From assembly GCA_050949045.1 (NCBI GenBank), contig JBMNEZ010000001.1:704001-768000 (forward strand): a stretch of DNA of 64,000 bases, given 5' to 3'. The notes below the pieces were generated by a model that saw only the letters and a program-made list of their open reading frames with translations, ran no database searches and had not been told where the DNA came from. A program made the translations under genes and the position numbers. The stretch's first letter is position 1, and the number at the start of each line of letters is the position of its first letter. Origin of the DNA: Candidatus Izemoplasmatales bacterium. Its GTDB lineage: Bacteria > Bacillota_I > Bacilli_A > Izemoplasmatales > Hujiaoplasmataceae. This document shows, in pieces, positions 44,134 through 53,641 of this stretch.

Positions 44134-46770
44134 TCAAAACAGCGTTTCCTGGATCATGATTTCGTTTTCTTCCTCATCTTTTGTCTCCTCTTCCGGCATT
44201 GACTGCTTCTCTGAGCTCTTGATGATCTTCTCGAGTTCAAAGATCACATCGCTGTCAAGATCCGGCTTTTCTTCCTCCTTGGCCGTATAGTCCTTGTCTT
44301 GGAAAAGTTTGTGGAGGATTTGGTTAGCAAGTTCGGGCGTGTTTTTGTCAAGCAATAACCCTTCCGGGATTTCCGGTTTTTCAACATAGGGTATGCCGTG
44401 CTCATAACGGTCCGGCTTCAATTCCGTGCCTTTGATGAGGAGAGCGCCTTCCTTGGTCAGGATTCGGACGCTGACGAAATCCTTGAGCCGGAAGATGTTT
44501 TCCGCGACCATCCCAAGAAACTGGTAAGGGTTGGTCTTGACTTTCTTGAGGTAAAACTTTCCCTTTGCGGGCCTTCGGGATGTTTCGATGTTTTGCGCGT
44601 ACTCTCGTTTCAATGCGCCCCTGTTGGTGAGCAACAGAATCTCGTCCTTATTCAAGGACGACACATATCTGGCGCCGACAAGGGCATCATCCCGGAGATT
44701 GATCCCTTTGACGCCCTTGGCAACGAGACTCTGGATCGGAACTTCATCGTGACTGTATTTCAAAATATAGCCGTTCTCCGTCGCAAGTACGATATGAGTG
44801 TCATAAGCTTCGCGAAGATCAACTGAGACCAGATGATTGATTTTGGATGCCGGGATGGCACCATACGTCTTATTCAAGCGGATCTGCTGGAAATCCCGCA
44901 ACATTACTTGTTTGATAGTCCCCTCTTCGGTGACGAGCAATATCGCCCTATCGGCGTCGAAATCATCGACAACGATGAAATCGATAACTTCCTCATTGTC
45001 TTGCAAAGCGGCGAACAAGCCGATATATTCGCCGAGATCGCGCCATTTGGCGTCAGGGATCTTGAAAACCGGGATATTGATGTACTTACCGAAGTTCGTG
45101 AACACAAGCAAAGTGTCTTTGGTCGAAACTTCCGCCTGGCGCAAGACCCGGTCATTGGCCTTGAGACCCGGCAGTCCGTTGGTCGCAAGATAAGATTTCA
45201 ACGAAGATCGCTTGATATAACCATCGGCGGAGAGGACGACGATGACGTTTTCGTGTTGAATCAGCGCCTGCTCGTCGATCTCGATCTTTTGGATTTCATC
45301 CTGAATAACCGTCTTTCTCGGCATCGGATAACTCTCGATGAGTTTCTCGATTTCTTTCTTGATCACATTCTCCAGTTCTTTTTCATTTTGGAGGATCCGA
45401 TTCAGCGAAGCAATTTGCTTTTGTAGAGATTCAGCTTCTTGGCGCATCTCTTCGACATCCGTCGTCGACAGCCGGTACAACTGCAAAGAGACAATCGCAT
45501 CGGCTTGAACTTCGGTGAAAGCGAAGGCCTGGGACAACTTGTCGATGGCGTCCTTCTTGCCGTGTGCGGCTCTGATCGTGGCGATAACCTCGTCGAGAAT
45601 CGACACCATTTTAAGGAAGCCTTCGACGATGTGACGGCGTTTTTCGGCTCTGATCAGTTCAAAGTTCGAGCGGTTGCGGACGACTTCCTTCTGGTGAATG
45701 ATATAACTGTCGAAGATCTCGATCAGCGACATCAGCCTTGGAGACTTGTTGTCGATCGCGACCATATTGTAGTTGTAGGTCACGCTGAGATCGGTATTCT
45801 TGTGCAAATAGGCAAGAATGACATCGGTCGCGATTTCTTTTTTGACTTCGACGACGATTCTGAGTCCCTCGCGGTCCGATTCGTCTCGGACTTCGACGAT
45901 ACCGTCAACTCGGCGTTTGTTTTTGACATCGTCGATCTTGCGGACAAGATCGGCTTTGTTGACTTCATAAGGGATTTCGGTGATGATGATTTGATTGTCT
46001 TTTATCTCTGCCTTACTTCTGATGACGATCCTGCCTCTGCCGGTGGTATAGGCTTTTTCGATCTCATCTACTCCCTCAACGATCGCCCCGGTGGGAAAAT
46101 CCGGTCCCTTGATCATCGTCATCAATTCTTTGATCGTCGCATGCGGATGGTCGATCTTGTAGATCACGCCTTGAAGAACTTCAACTAGGTTGTGAGGCGG
46201 GATATTGGTGGCGTATCCGGTTGCCATTCCCATTGAGCCGTTGACGAGCAGATTGGGAAACTTCGCCGGTAAGACAACGGGTTCGAACTCCTCATCGTCA
46301 AAATTCGGGACAAAATTGACGGTCCTTTTGTCGATGTCCCGAAGCAGCATCTCGGCATAAGGAGAGAGCCTGGCTTCGGTATAGCGCATCGCGGCGGCGG
46401 GATCATTGTCAATCGAGCCGTTGTTGCCGTGCATGTCGATCAACAAAACCCCCATCTTCCAATCTTGGCTCATCCTGACCATGGCATCATAAACCGATTG
46501 GTCCCCGTGGGGGTGGTATTTACCGATGACTTCGCCGACGATTCTCGCAGACTTTTTATAGGGCTTGTCAGAGAACATCCCCAGCTGGTACATCGCAAAC
46601 AAAATCCGCCGCTGAACCGGCTTCAAACCATCGCGGACATCGGGAAGGGCCCGGTCCTGAATAATGTATTTGGCATATTTGCCGAAACGATCGCCAATGA
46701 TCGTCTCGAGGTTTTCAAAGATGATCTTCTCGTCGACGAACTGAGTGATCTTTTGTTTAGCCGATGCCAT
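44134..46770 (-). CDS. parC: DNA topoisomerase IV subunit A
   Basis: Motifs [22 protein letters not shown] and AAMRYTE. Follows parE. Confidence 0.95.
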   Translation of the reverse strand: MASAKQKITQFVDEKIIFENLETIIGDRFGKYAKYIIQDRALPDVRDGLKPVQRRILFAMYQLGMFSDKPYKKSARIVGEVIGKYHPHGDQSVYDAMVRMSQDWKMGVLLIDMHGNNGSIDNDPAAAMRYTEARLSPYAEMLLRDIDKRTVNFVPNFDDEEFEPVVLPAKFPNLLVNGSMGMATGYATNIPPHNLVEVLQGVIYKIDHPHATIKELMTMIKGPDFPTGAIVEGVDEIEKAYTTGRGRIVIRSKAEIKDNQIIITEIPYEVNKADLVRKIDDVKNKRRVDGIVEVRDESDREGLRIVVEVKKEIATDVILAYLHKNTDLSVTYNYNMVAIDNKSPRLMSLIEIFDSYIIHQKEVVRNRSNFELIRAEKRRHIVEGFLKMVSILDEVIATIRAAHGKKDAIDKLSQAFAFTEVQADAIVSLQLYRLSTTDVEEMRQEAESLQKQIASLNRILQNEKELENVIKKEIEKLIESYPMPRKTVIQDEIQKIEIDEQALIQHENVIVVLSADGYIKRSSLKSYLATNGLPGLKANDRVLRQAEVSTKDTLLVFTNFGKYINIPVFKIPDAKWRDLGEYIGLFAALQDNEEVIDFIVVDDFDADRAILLVTEEGTIKQVMLRDFQQIRLNKTYGAIPASKINHLVSVDLREAYDTHIVLATENGYILKYSHDEVPIQSLVAKGVKGINLRDDALVGARYVSSLNKDEILLLTNRGALKREYAQNIETSRRPAKGKFYLKKVKTNPYQFLGMVAENIFRLKDFVSVRILTKEGALLIKGTELKPDRYEHGIPYVEKPEIPEGLLLDKNTPELANQILHKLFQDKDYTAKEEEKPDLDSDVIFELEKIIKSSEKQSMPEEETKDEEENEIMIQETLF

Positions 46771-48713
46771 TACTCGTCACTCCTAACGCGAAAGTCATCT
46801 TCTGATTCAAAAGACACGAAAGTATCGATCCATTCTTTACGGGGCTCGACTTTGTCCCCCATCAGAACCGAAATCCGTTGTTCGGCGTCGGCCATGTCTT
46901 CGATCTTCACTTGTACTAGGGTTCTGGTCTCGGGATTCATCGTGGTATCCCATAACTGCTCGGCGTTCATTTCCCCCAAACCCTTGTATCTTTGAATCGT
47001 ATAGGTTTTGAACCGCTTGGAGATCTCCTCACGCTCGCTCTCGGTCCAAGCGTATTCCACCTGTCCGCGCTTGACACCGGTCTTTTCGATCTTGTATAAG
47101 GGAGGCATGGCGATATAGAGTTTCCCTGCTTCAACTAGTGGCAACATATAACGGAAGAAAAAAGTAATCAAGAGAACTTGGATGTGCGCTCCATCGGTAT
47201 CGGCGTCGGTCATGATGATGACTTTGTTATAATTTGCTTTCTGGACATTGAAATCGCTGCCGAGGCCGGCGCCGATCGTTGAGATGATGGTTGAGATCTC
47301 CTCGTTTTTGAGAACATCTTCCATCCGCTGTTTTTCGGAATTGATGACCTTCCCCCGAAGTGGCAGGATGGCTTGAAACAGCCGGTTGCGACCTTGTTTT
47401 GCCGAGCCGCCGGCGGAATCGCCCTCGACAAGGAATAATTCGTTGATTTTCGGGTTCTTTGACGTCGCCGGTGAAAGTTTACCCGAAAGAATCGTCTCCT
47501 GTTTGGCTACTCTTTTGACAAGCCGGGCATCTTCTCTGGCTTTTCGGGCGGCTTCCCTGGCATTGCGGGCATTGATGGCCTTCTCGATCAAAACCGAGGC
47601 AATCTGAGGATTCTCGGTCAAATAGGTGCTCATCTGGTCGATCACGACGTTTTCTACCGAAGGCCGGGCCTCGGGTGAGCCAAGCTTGTTCTTGGTTTGC
47701 CCCTCAAACTGAAGCAGATTCTCCGGGACCCTGATCGAAATAATCGCAGTCAGTCCCTCTCTTATATCCGCTCCCTCTAGGCCGTCGTCCTTTTCTTTGA
47801 TCAGGTTCATCTTGCGGGCATAATCGTTAAATACTTTTGTGAGAGCCGATTTGAATCCGGTCTCATGGGTGCCGCCGTCTTTGGTGCGGACATTATTGAC
47901 AAATGAAATCAGATTCTCCGAATAGGCGTTGGAATATTGAAAGGCGACCTCGACCTCGATATCATTCGACTTTCCCTCAAAAAAAACGGTATTGTGAGTC
48001 GGGGTCCTCTGCTGGTTGATGAAATCGACATAAGCTTTGATGCCCTCATCGTAACAATAGGTTACTCTTTGACGGGAGCGGTCGTCAACCAATTGCATTT
48101 TCAAGCCTTTGATTAAAAAGGAGCATTCGCGGATGCGCTCTTCAAGGGTTTGAAAATTAAATAGCGTTGTCGAAAAGATCGTCGGGTCGGGTTTGAACCA
48201 GACGTCGGTTCCGGTCCTTCTGGTTTCGCCGATCGCCGTCAGTTCTTTGACCTTGCGGCCGCCATTCTCGAACCGCATCCGATACAAGATGCTATTGCGA
48301 TGGACGCTCACTTCGAGAAACTCGCTCAAAGCGTTGACAACCGAAGCCCCGACACCATGAAGACCGCCAGACACCTTATAGACACTATCAGATCCGAATT
48401 TTCCGCCGGCGTGCAGTTTTGAAAAAATCACTTCGACGCCGGTGATCCCGGAAGCGTGCATATCGACAGGCATGCCTCTGCCGTCATCCATCACCAAAAT
48501 TGAGTTGTCTTCCTTGACAACCACTTTGATCATTCCTCCGTATCCGGCGAGCACCTCATCAATCGAATTGTCGATGATTTCCCAGACGAGATGGTGCAAT
48601 CCCCGGTGATCGGTGGAACCGACATACATCCCTGGACGCTTTCTGACCGCGTCAAGCCCTTCAAGGATCTGCAAAGATTGGGCGGTGTAGGTTTTTTGGA
48701 TTGGTTCGCTCAT
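46770..48713 (-). CDS. parE: DNA topoisomerase IV subunit B
   Basis: Motifs EIIDNSIDE, HAGGKF, VEGDSAGGSAKQGR, PLRGK and DADTDGAHI. Divergent from plsY, as in Bacilli. Confidence 0.95.
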   Translation of the reverse strand: MSEPIQKTYTAQSLQILEGLDAVRKRPGMYVGSTDHRGLHHLVWEIIDNSIDEVLAGYGGMIKVVVKEDNSILVMDDGRGMPVDMHASGITGVEVIFSKLHAGGKFGSDSVYKVSGGLHGVGASVVNALSEFLEVSVHRNSILYRMRFENGGRKVKELTAIGETRRTGTDVWFKPDPTIFSTTLFNFQTLEERIRECSFLIKGLKMQLVDDRSRQRVTYCYDEGIKAYVDFINQQRTPTHNTVFFEGKSNDIEVEVAFQYSNAYSENLISFVNNVRTKDGGTHETGFKSALTKVFNDYARKMNLIKEKDDGLEGADIREGLTAIISIRVPENLLQFEGQTKNKLGSPEARPSVENVVIDQMSTYLTENPQIASVLIEKAINARNAREAARKAREDARLVKRVAKQETILSGKLSPATSKNPKINELFLVEGDSAGGSAKQGRNRLFQAILPLRGKVINSEKQRMEDVLKNEEISTIISTIGAGLGSDFNVQKANYNKVIIMTDADTDGAHIQVLLITFFFRYMLPLVEAGKLYIAMPPLYKIEKTGVKRGQVEYAWTESEREEISKRFKTYTIQRYKGLGEMNAEQLWDTTMNPETRTLVQVKIEDMADAEQRISVLMGDKVEPRKEWIDTFVSFESEDDFRVRSDE

Positions 48714-48821
48714 GCATCTAACCCCTTTGTATTTATTTTAATTATATCAAACTTTCGCCGTTTTTTCTGCTATTATTTGCGGAAATCATGGTATAATCAA
48801 AAAAAGTGTGGAGGTCAGTCT

Positions 48822-49484
48822 ATGTTGAAATTCGTTTTTGTCATCCTCGCCTATCTCATAGGCTCGATTCCCTTTTCGTATCTGTTTGGAAAGCTGCTTA
48901 AAGGCGAAGATATCCGCCGGCTAGGCAGCGGCAACCTCGGCGCAACCAATGCTTTCCGGGTTTTTGGAAAAATCATCGGCTTCTTAGTTCTCGTGCTCGA
49001 CACTGCCAAAGGGGCGGTCTTGATCGCCCTTTTGATCTACACCAGACTTTTTGCGGATTTTAAATTGTTTCATCCACTTGTCTATGGTTTCTCCGCCGTC
49101 ATCGGTCACATCTTCCCGATTTGGTTCAAGTTCAGCGGCGGGAAGGGCGTAGCCACATCCTTCGGGATGCTGTTGGCATACAACCCACTACTGGCGGCCG
49201 TCGTGATACCGATCTTCTTCCTGACTCAATTCTTGACCAGGTACGTTTCTGTCGCTTCGACCGTCGCTTCGCTGTTTTCGCTGGTTTATGTACTCATCTA
49301 CGTTTTGGTCAAACAGACGGACTGGATGTTTCTTATCATCACTTTTCTCACTGTGTCCTTGATCATCTATAAGCACAGAACCAACTACGCGAGGCTAAAG
49401 CAAAAAACCGAGAATCGCACTCGGCTGTTCGACTGGTACGACCGCCTATGTAAAAAAAGGAAAGTTTCGATAGAAAAACGCTAA
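48822..49484 (+). CDS. plsY: Glycerol-3-phosphate acyltransferase
   Basis: Motifs GSGNLGATN, DTAKG, GHIFP, GGKGVAT and KHRTN. ATG at 48822 after GGAGG. Confidence 0.96.
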   Translation: MLKFVFVILAYLIGSIPFSYLFGKLLKGEDIRRLGSGNLGATNAFRVFGKIIGFLVLVLDTAKGAVLIALLIYTRLFADFKLFHPLVYGFSAVIGHIFPIWFKFSGGKGVATSFGMLLAYNPLLAAVVIPIFFLTQFLTRYVSVASTVASLFSLVYVLIYVLVKQTDWMFLIITFLTVSLIIYKHRTNYARLKQKTENRTRLFDWYDRLCKKRKVSIEKR

Positions 49485-49495
49485 CCGAACCACTA

Positions 49496-49532
49496 GAAAA
49501 AATACCACATCCGGGAATTGTGGTATTTTTTT
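49496..49532. terminator. Bidirectional terminator between plsY and the EAL gene
   Basis: AAAAAATACCAC...GTGGTATTTTTTT. Confidence 0.8.
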
Positions 49533-49571
49533 TGATAGAAAGCCAAAACAAGGCGGAAATCAATTAGATTT

Positions 49572-51605
49572 TCAAACAAGCTTCTCGGGCTTGTGGTGAA
49601 AAAACCCTTGTTGGATCACACAGCCGAGTTCAAGCAAACATTTCCTTTGAGCTTCGGTTTCAACGCCTTCGACAATGATTTCCTTTCGGTACAGGTTGGT
49701 GATGTTTCTGATCATTTTGATAATCTCGCGGTTCTTACCGTCCTGGATTTTGGCGATGAAGAGTTTATCAATCTTGATGATATCAAAGGGTACGCTTTCA
49801 AGGATCGCAAGCGATGAGTAATCCTTGCCAAAATCATCGAGGGCGATTTGAAAACCAAGTTTTTTGTAATCTTTGATGCGTTCGATGCAGGCTTCGAGGC
49901 TGTTTACGAATGCGCTTTCGGAAATCTCGATACAAATATCCCGCGGTTTGACTGAATACTTTGAAGCCTGTTCCCGAATAAAGGTTGTGAACATCGGATC
50001 CATCAATGAGCTTGGCGCGATATTGATGGCAAGTTTCGCAGAGGGATACTCGCCGCTGTTCCTCAGGTATGCAAACTGCCTTATCGCTTCTTCGACCAAA
50101 TGCTTGTCAAGTTGTTCCACCATGTTTGCTTCTTTGGCCGCGGCAAACATTTCGACCGGCGAAATGTATCCAAGCGTGCCGTCTTTCCATCTTGCCAGTT
50201 CTTCAAGATATACAACGTTGCCGGTGAAAGCATCGATGGCTTTTTGGAAAAACACTTCCACCATACCGGTTTCAAGGGCATGTTTCAGATTGACTGATAT
50301 CGCGATGTTCTTCTTCAAAGTCTCGCCCATCGTTTTTTTATATCTGATCACCTTGAAATGGTTTTCCTGTTTGCTTTCCTTCATCGCCAGGGAAGCCAAG
50401 GATATGAGTTTCTCAAGGCTGTCCGTGTCATCGGGATAAACAGCGTAGCCGATCCGCTTTTCAATCTGGATCAGGTTTTCCTCAAGTTGATACACTTTGG
50501 GAAGATAATTGTCAAGGTTGGCGAGTTTGGTGGCGATCACGGAGTCGCTTGTCTGTTTGCCGAAGAGCATCACCACAAATTTGCTATTGGAGAAACGGCA
50601 CACCAAACAGTTTTTCCCTTCACAACGACGCAGTTGGTCGGCGATCATGACGATGATCTCATCGTGGATGCGATGACCATAAAAGTCGCTGATCTTGGAA
50701 AAATTCCAGAAATCGATAAAGAAACAAACCGCCCTATTGACGTTTTTCAACGACGCGATTTTTTCATATAGGCCTTGCTGGTTGATCAAGTTTGTCTGAA
50801 AATCGAAAGTGTGGTTGGGGTTTGTCTGTTGCTTCATGTTGATCAAATTGGTTATTTCATGGCCGGTGGCGGTAATCATGAGGACGCTTCCAAAAACATC
50901 AGTGACAGCCTCAAAATCCCAGTACAGCCATTTTTTGCCATCATTAGTTTCGACCTCGGCTGTGCTTTGCGAACGATATCTCGTCTTGATATCGGTGAAC
51001 CATTGGTCCGAATTGATCCCAAAGACATCCTGAAGCGTGGAGATGTTCTTGTTCAGAATCGATCTCTTTGACTTCAAGAATAGCTCGGATGTCGCATCCG
51101 AGACATATATGATTTTTCCTTCGATATCGATATTGACGTGATAATCGTGCTTCGTATCCCGAATCACGATATCGTCATCTTTGGAAACTTCTCTATGCAT
51201 GGTATCTTGGATGGTTGGTTTTCCAGTATGTTCTTCATCGCCACCGGTAAAGCATTGATAGCCATAAGCAACCTGATCCTCCGACCCCATGCTTCCAACG
51301 GCGCCTTCAAAGGCTCTGTCCAGTTCCACCCGGCATCGCTTAGGCCCGAAATAGATGTGCAGAAGTGGATTATGCTTGGCCAATTCGACATTTTTTTGAG
51401 AAAATTCGGTGTCGTCAGGGCTTATCCACAAGAAGAAAAGGTAGTAGAAAGTGATCGTCAAAGCGAAGAGAAGCGATGAGATCGCGGTAACGACATACGC
51501 CTCTTCGTTAGTTACATCTATCGTATGCAAAAAGACGAGAAATGCCAACATGGCAATCCCGATGACAATCCATTTGATTTCACCTATGGGAAATCTCTTC
51601 TTCAT
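49572..51605 (-). CDS. Membrane PAS-like/GGDEF(degenerate)/EAL protein, probable c-di-GMP phosphodiesterase
   Basis: Two N-terminal TM helices and a PAS-like segment. The GGDEF region runs DFQTNLIN...RFSNSKF. EAL motifs are EELARW, INIA, EISE, DDFGKDYSSL, IKID, EGVET and QG. Confidence 0.9.
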   Translation of the reverse strand: MKKRFPIGEIKWIVIGIAMLAFLVFLHTIDVTNEEAYVVTAISSLLFALTITFYYLFFLWISPDDTEFSQKNVELAKHNPLLHIYFGPKRCRVELDRAFEGAVGSMGSEDQVAYGYQCFTGGDEEHTGKPTIQDTMHREVSKDDDIVIRDTKHDYHVNIDIEGKIIYVSDATSELFLKSKRSILNKNISTLQDVFGINSDQWFTDIKTRYRSQSTAEVETNDGKKWLYWDFEAVTDVFGSVLMITATGHEITNLINMKQQTNPNHTFDFQTNLINQQGLYEKIASLKNVNRAVCFFIDFWNFSKISDFYGHRIHDEIIVMIADQLRRCEGKNCLVCRFSNSKFVVMLFGKQTSDSVIATKLANLDNYLPKVYQLEENLIQIEKRIGYAVYPDDTDSLEKLISLASLAMKESKQENHFKVIRYKKTMGETLKKNIAISVNLKHALETGMVEVFFQKAIDAFTGNVVYLEELARWKDGTLGYISPVEMFAAAKEANMVEQLDKHLVEEAIRQFAYLRNSGEYPSAKLAINIAPSSLMDPMFTTFIREQASKYSVKPRDICIEISESAFVNSLEACIERIKDYKKLGFQIALDDFGKDYSSLAILESVPFDIIKIDKLFIAKIQDGKNREIIKMIRNITNLYRKEIIVEGVETEAQRKCLLELGCVIQQGFFHHKPEKLV

Positions 51606-51725
51606 AAGCCCTCACACGATCCTTTGCGCGGGATAGTACCTCAATATGCCGGTGCTATTCTTTACCTCTTTCTTTTCATGTTATTATCAGAAAATTCTAT
51701 TAAAAGAATTTTGGACTACATAATT

Positions 51726-51775
51726 ATTATATAAGTAAGTAAATCCTAAAAACAGCGCGGATATGTCGTACTTTT
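51726..51775 (-). promoter_or_regulatory. Promoter of the EAL gene: 25-bp box + 19 bp + TATAAT
   Basis: Minus strand AAAAGTACGACATATCCGCGCTGTT (51775-51751), a 19-nt spacer, then TATAAT (51731-51726). Confidence 0.75.
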
Positions 51776-51779
51776 ACGC

Positions 51780-51813
51780 AAAAAAAGGGGATAAGGGCAA
51801 TCGCCTTATCCTC
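51780..51813 (-). terminator. Terminator of the Rgg-like regulator gene
   Basis: Minus strand GGATAAGGCGATTGCCCTTATCCCCTTTTTTT. Confidence 0.75.
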
Positions 51814-51832
51814 AAATTCACTAATATGATGA

Positions 51833-52753
51833 TTATATGATATTTTTCATTAAATACTTGATGATAAAAGAATCATATGCTATCTTGAAATCCTCTTCAA
51901 TCAGCGCTGTGAATTTCTCGATTTTCTTGATATTGCCTTCCATATGAAGCACATTGTAACAACGGAACAACGCATCCTCATAAAGATTGTACTCTTCGAG
52001 TTTAAAGTGAGCAAGAGCCTTGTAGTAATAGAAATACTCCATCAAATAGTACTGCTTAAATCTGATTCCGCGCTGGATTCCGATCTCGCATAACTCGATG
52101 ACCTTGGGATTGTTTTTCTGGATCCCATGCGACTGGGCCAGCCTCATAAGGATAAGAGCGTAGATGAGATCGTTTTCGCCGCTGAGAATATTGTCCTCGC
52201 TTTCAAAAAGACTCGTCAACTTCTTAAGAAGCCTTCCCTTTTCGTCTTGATCGGCGATGCTCAAGACGAAGCTAAGAATCAAGATTTCAATGTCGGTGAA
52301 GTAGTTCTGTTTGAGAATCGCAGGGTAGTTGATTTGTTCGTACGTCCTTATCAGAGTCTCTTCTTTTGAAATCTGTCCCAGGTAGTAGCGATGCAACGTT
52401 TGAGCGTGCAAGTAATACTTTTGTCTTTCCTCGCCGAAGATCACTTCTTTGTCAAGAATCCGCTTGAGTTCTTCCAGTAGCCTTTTATCCTTGTTGACAA
52501 TGGCGCTATAATAATCATTGATAAGTTTGTACTGAGCATTGCTTTCTCGTTCAAATTCATGCATCAGTTTCTTTGCGGGAATACCGAGTTTCAAGGCAAA
52601 CTGTTCGATTTTATCGTAAGTGATCTCACATTCGCCGCTTCGATACCGTTGATATTGTCTTAATGAACACACCCCTTCGACAAACGCCTCTTGAGACATT
52701 TTTCTTCCATACCTGATCTTTTCCAGATAGTTGGAAATTTCCATCGATATCAC
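51833..52753 (-). CDS. Rgg/RRNPP-like transcriptional regulator (XRE HTH + helical TPR-like domain)
   Basis: N-terminal HTH LEKIRYGRKMSQEAFVEGVCSLRQYQRYRSGE, the Rgg-like segment YFTDIEILIL, and a Tyr-rich TPR-like C-terminus; 306 aa. Confidence 0.85.
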   Translation of the reverse strand: MISMEISNYLEKIRYGRKMSQEAFVEGVCSLRQYQRYRSGECEITYDKIEQFALKLGIPAKKLMHEFERESNAQYKLINDYYSAIVNKDKRLLEELKRILDKEVIFGEERQKYYLHAQTLHRYYLGQISKEETLIRTYEQINYPAILKQNYFTDIEILILSFVLSIADQDEKGRLLKKLTSLFESEDNILSGENDLIYALILMRLAQSHGIQKNNPKVIELCEIGIQRGIRFKQYYLMEYFYYYKALAHFKLEEYNLYEDALFRCYNVLHMEGNIKKIEKFTALIEEDFKIAYDSFIIKYLMKNII

Positions 52754-52775
52754 GAAAATTCACCTCAATTTCCTG

Positions 52776-52825
52776 AAAAGTACGACATATCCGCGCTGTT
52801 ATTGTTGGCTATTTTGGATTATCAT
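52776..52825 (+). promoter_or_regulatory. Promoter of the propeptide gene: identical 25-bp box + 19 bp + TATCAT
   Basis: AAAAGTACGACATATCCGCGCTGTT (52776-52800), a 19-nt spacer, then TATCAT (52820-52825). Confidence 0.75.
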
Positions 52826-52850
52826 ATAGCCAAGAAGGGGGTTTTACAAA

Positions 52851-53015
52851 ATGAAAAAAATATTTAAAGTCGCAGTTATCGCATTATTCGGGCTTGCTTT
52901 GTTATCCTTTAGTTTCAAAAGCATGATGGACAAAGGTGTTGTTGGAAATGATAATCATCGCGTTGTCATGGTTGACTTCGATAACTCTGGCGATCCAGAG
53001 TATGTAGCTCGATAA
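52851..53015 (+). CDS. Putative secreted signalling propeptide (54 aa), not in the ORF track
   Basis: MKKIFKVAVIALFGLALLSFSFKSMMDKGVVGNDNHRVVMVDFDNSGDPEYVAR, with RBS AAGGGGG and a signal-peptide-like N-terminus. Divergent from the Rgg-like regulator. Confidence 0.8.
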   Translation: MKKIFKVAVIALFGLALLSFSFKSMMDKGVVGNDNHRVVMVDFDNSGDPEYVAR

Positions 53016-53051
53016 AAGACAAAAAATTACGGATGAGGATGGTATTTCTAT

Positions 53052-53327
53052 ATGCAAAGACAAGAATTCATCATTGAACTCGGTGGTATCATCGGGACAA
53101 TCCATACCTACACCAGAAATCCATTCATGATCGGCTACACCAAGGAATTGAAAAAAGCAATCAGACAAAACGATCCCGAAACGACAAAACTAGTATTAGA
53201 CAAAGTAATCGACTGGTACAACGAGGAGATCGACAAGATTGCTAACGATGACTACGTCTTCAACAAAAACATGCACAAAAAGGCGTATGACATCTTGTTG
53301 GAGTATCGCGAATCGCTTGATTCTTGA
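53052..53327 (+). CDS. Small helical hypothetical protein (91 aa)
   Basis: RBS-like GAGGATGG; begins 36 bp after the propeptide stop. Confidence 0.75.
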   Translation: MQRQEFIIELGGIIGTIHTYTRNPFMIGYTKELKKAIRQNDPETTKLVLDKVIDWYNEEIDKIANDDYVFNKNMHKKAYDILLEYRESLDS

Positions 53328-53525
53328 TTTGACTCGCACTTCTTATAAGTGATAATCGTTTTTGATAACAGTGGTTTTCAAAAACCATTATATCATGTGT
53401 GAATGATTTATCACAACAACTTCATATCCTTTCTGCCGACCATATGAATTAATACTTGCTCGAATGGCAAGCGGTTCTTGGACAAAAGAAAACAGCACAA
53501 GAGCCTTTTTGCCATCTATGGCGAA

Positions 53526-53559
53526 CAAAAACCACAGACTGATCTGTGGTTGTTTTTTT
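53526..53559. terminator. Terminator downstream of the tRNA pair
   Basis: AAAAACCACAGA-CTGA-TCTGTGGTTGTTTTTTT. Confidence 0.7.
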
Positions 53560-53634
53560 TGGCAGGGCTAGAGAGGGTCGAACTCTCGGTCTCGGAGTCA
53601 GAATCCGATGCCTTAACCACTTGGCTATAGCCCA
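53560..53634 (-). tRNA. tRNA-Gln (anticodon CTG)
   Basis: TGGGCTATAGCCAAGTGGTTAAGGCATCGGATTCTGACTCCGAGACCGAGAGTTCGACCCTCTCTAGCCCTGCCA folds as a cloverleaf with an encoded CCA. Confidence 0.95.
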
Positions 53635-53641
53635 GTCAAAC

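Noticed and set aside
51751..52800. The 25-bp inverted repeats as transposon ends or an invertible switch
   Set aside because: The enclosed gene is a regulator, not a transposase or invertase, and there is no target-site duplication. The identical 19-bp spacing to -10 elements fits operators better. Not formally excluded.
49500..53560. The quorum-sensing cassette as an island integrated at the tRNA-Gln 3' end
   Set aside because: I saw no duplicated tRNA 3' fragment and no integrase.
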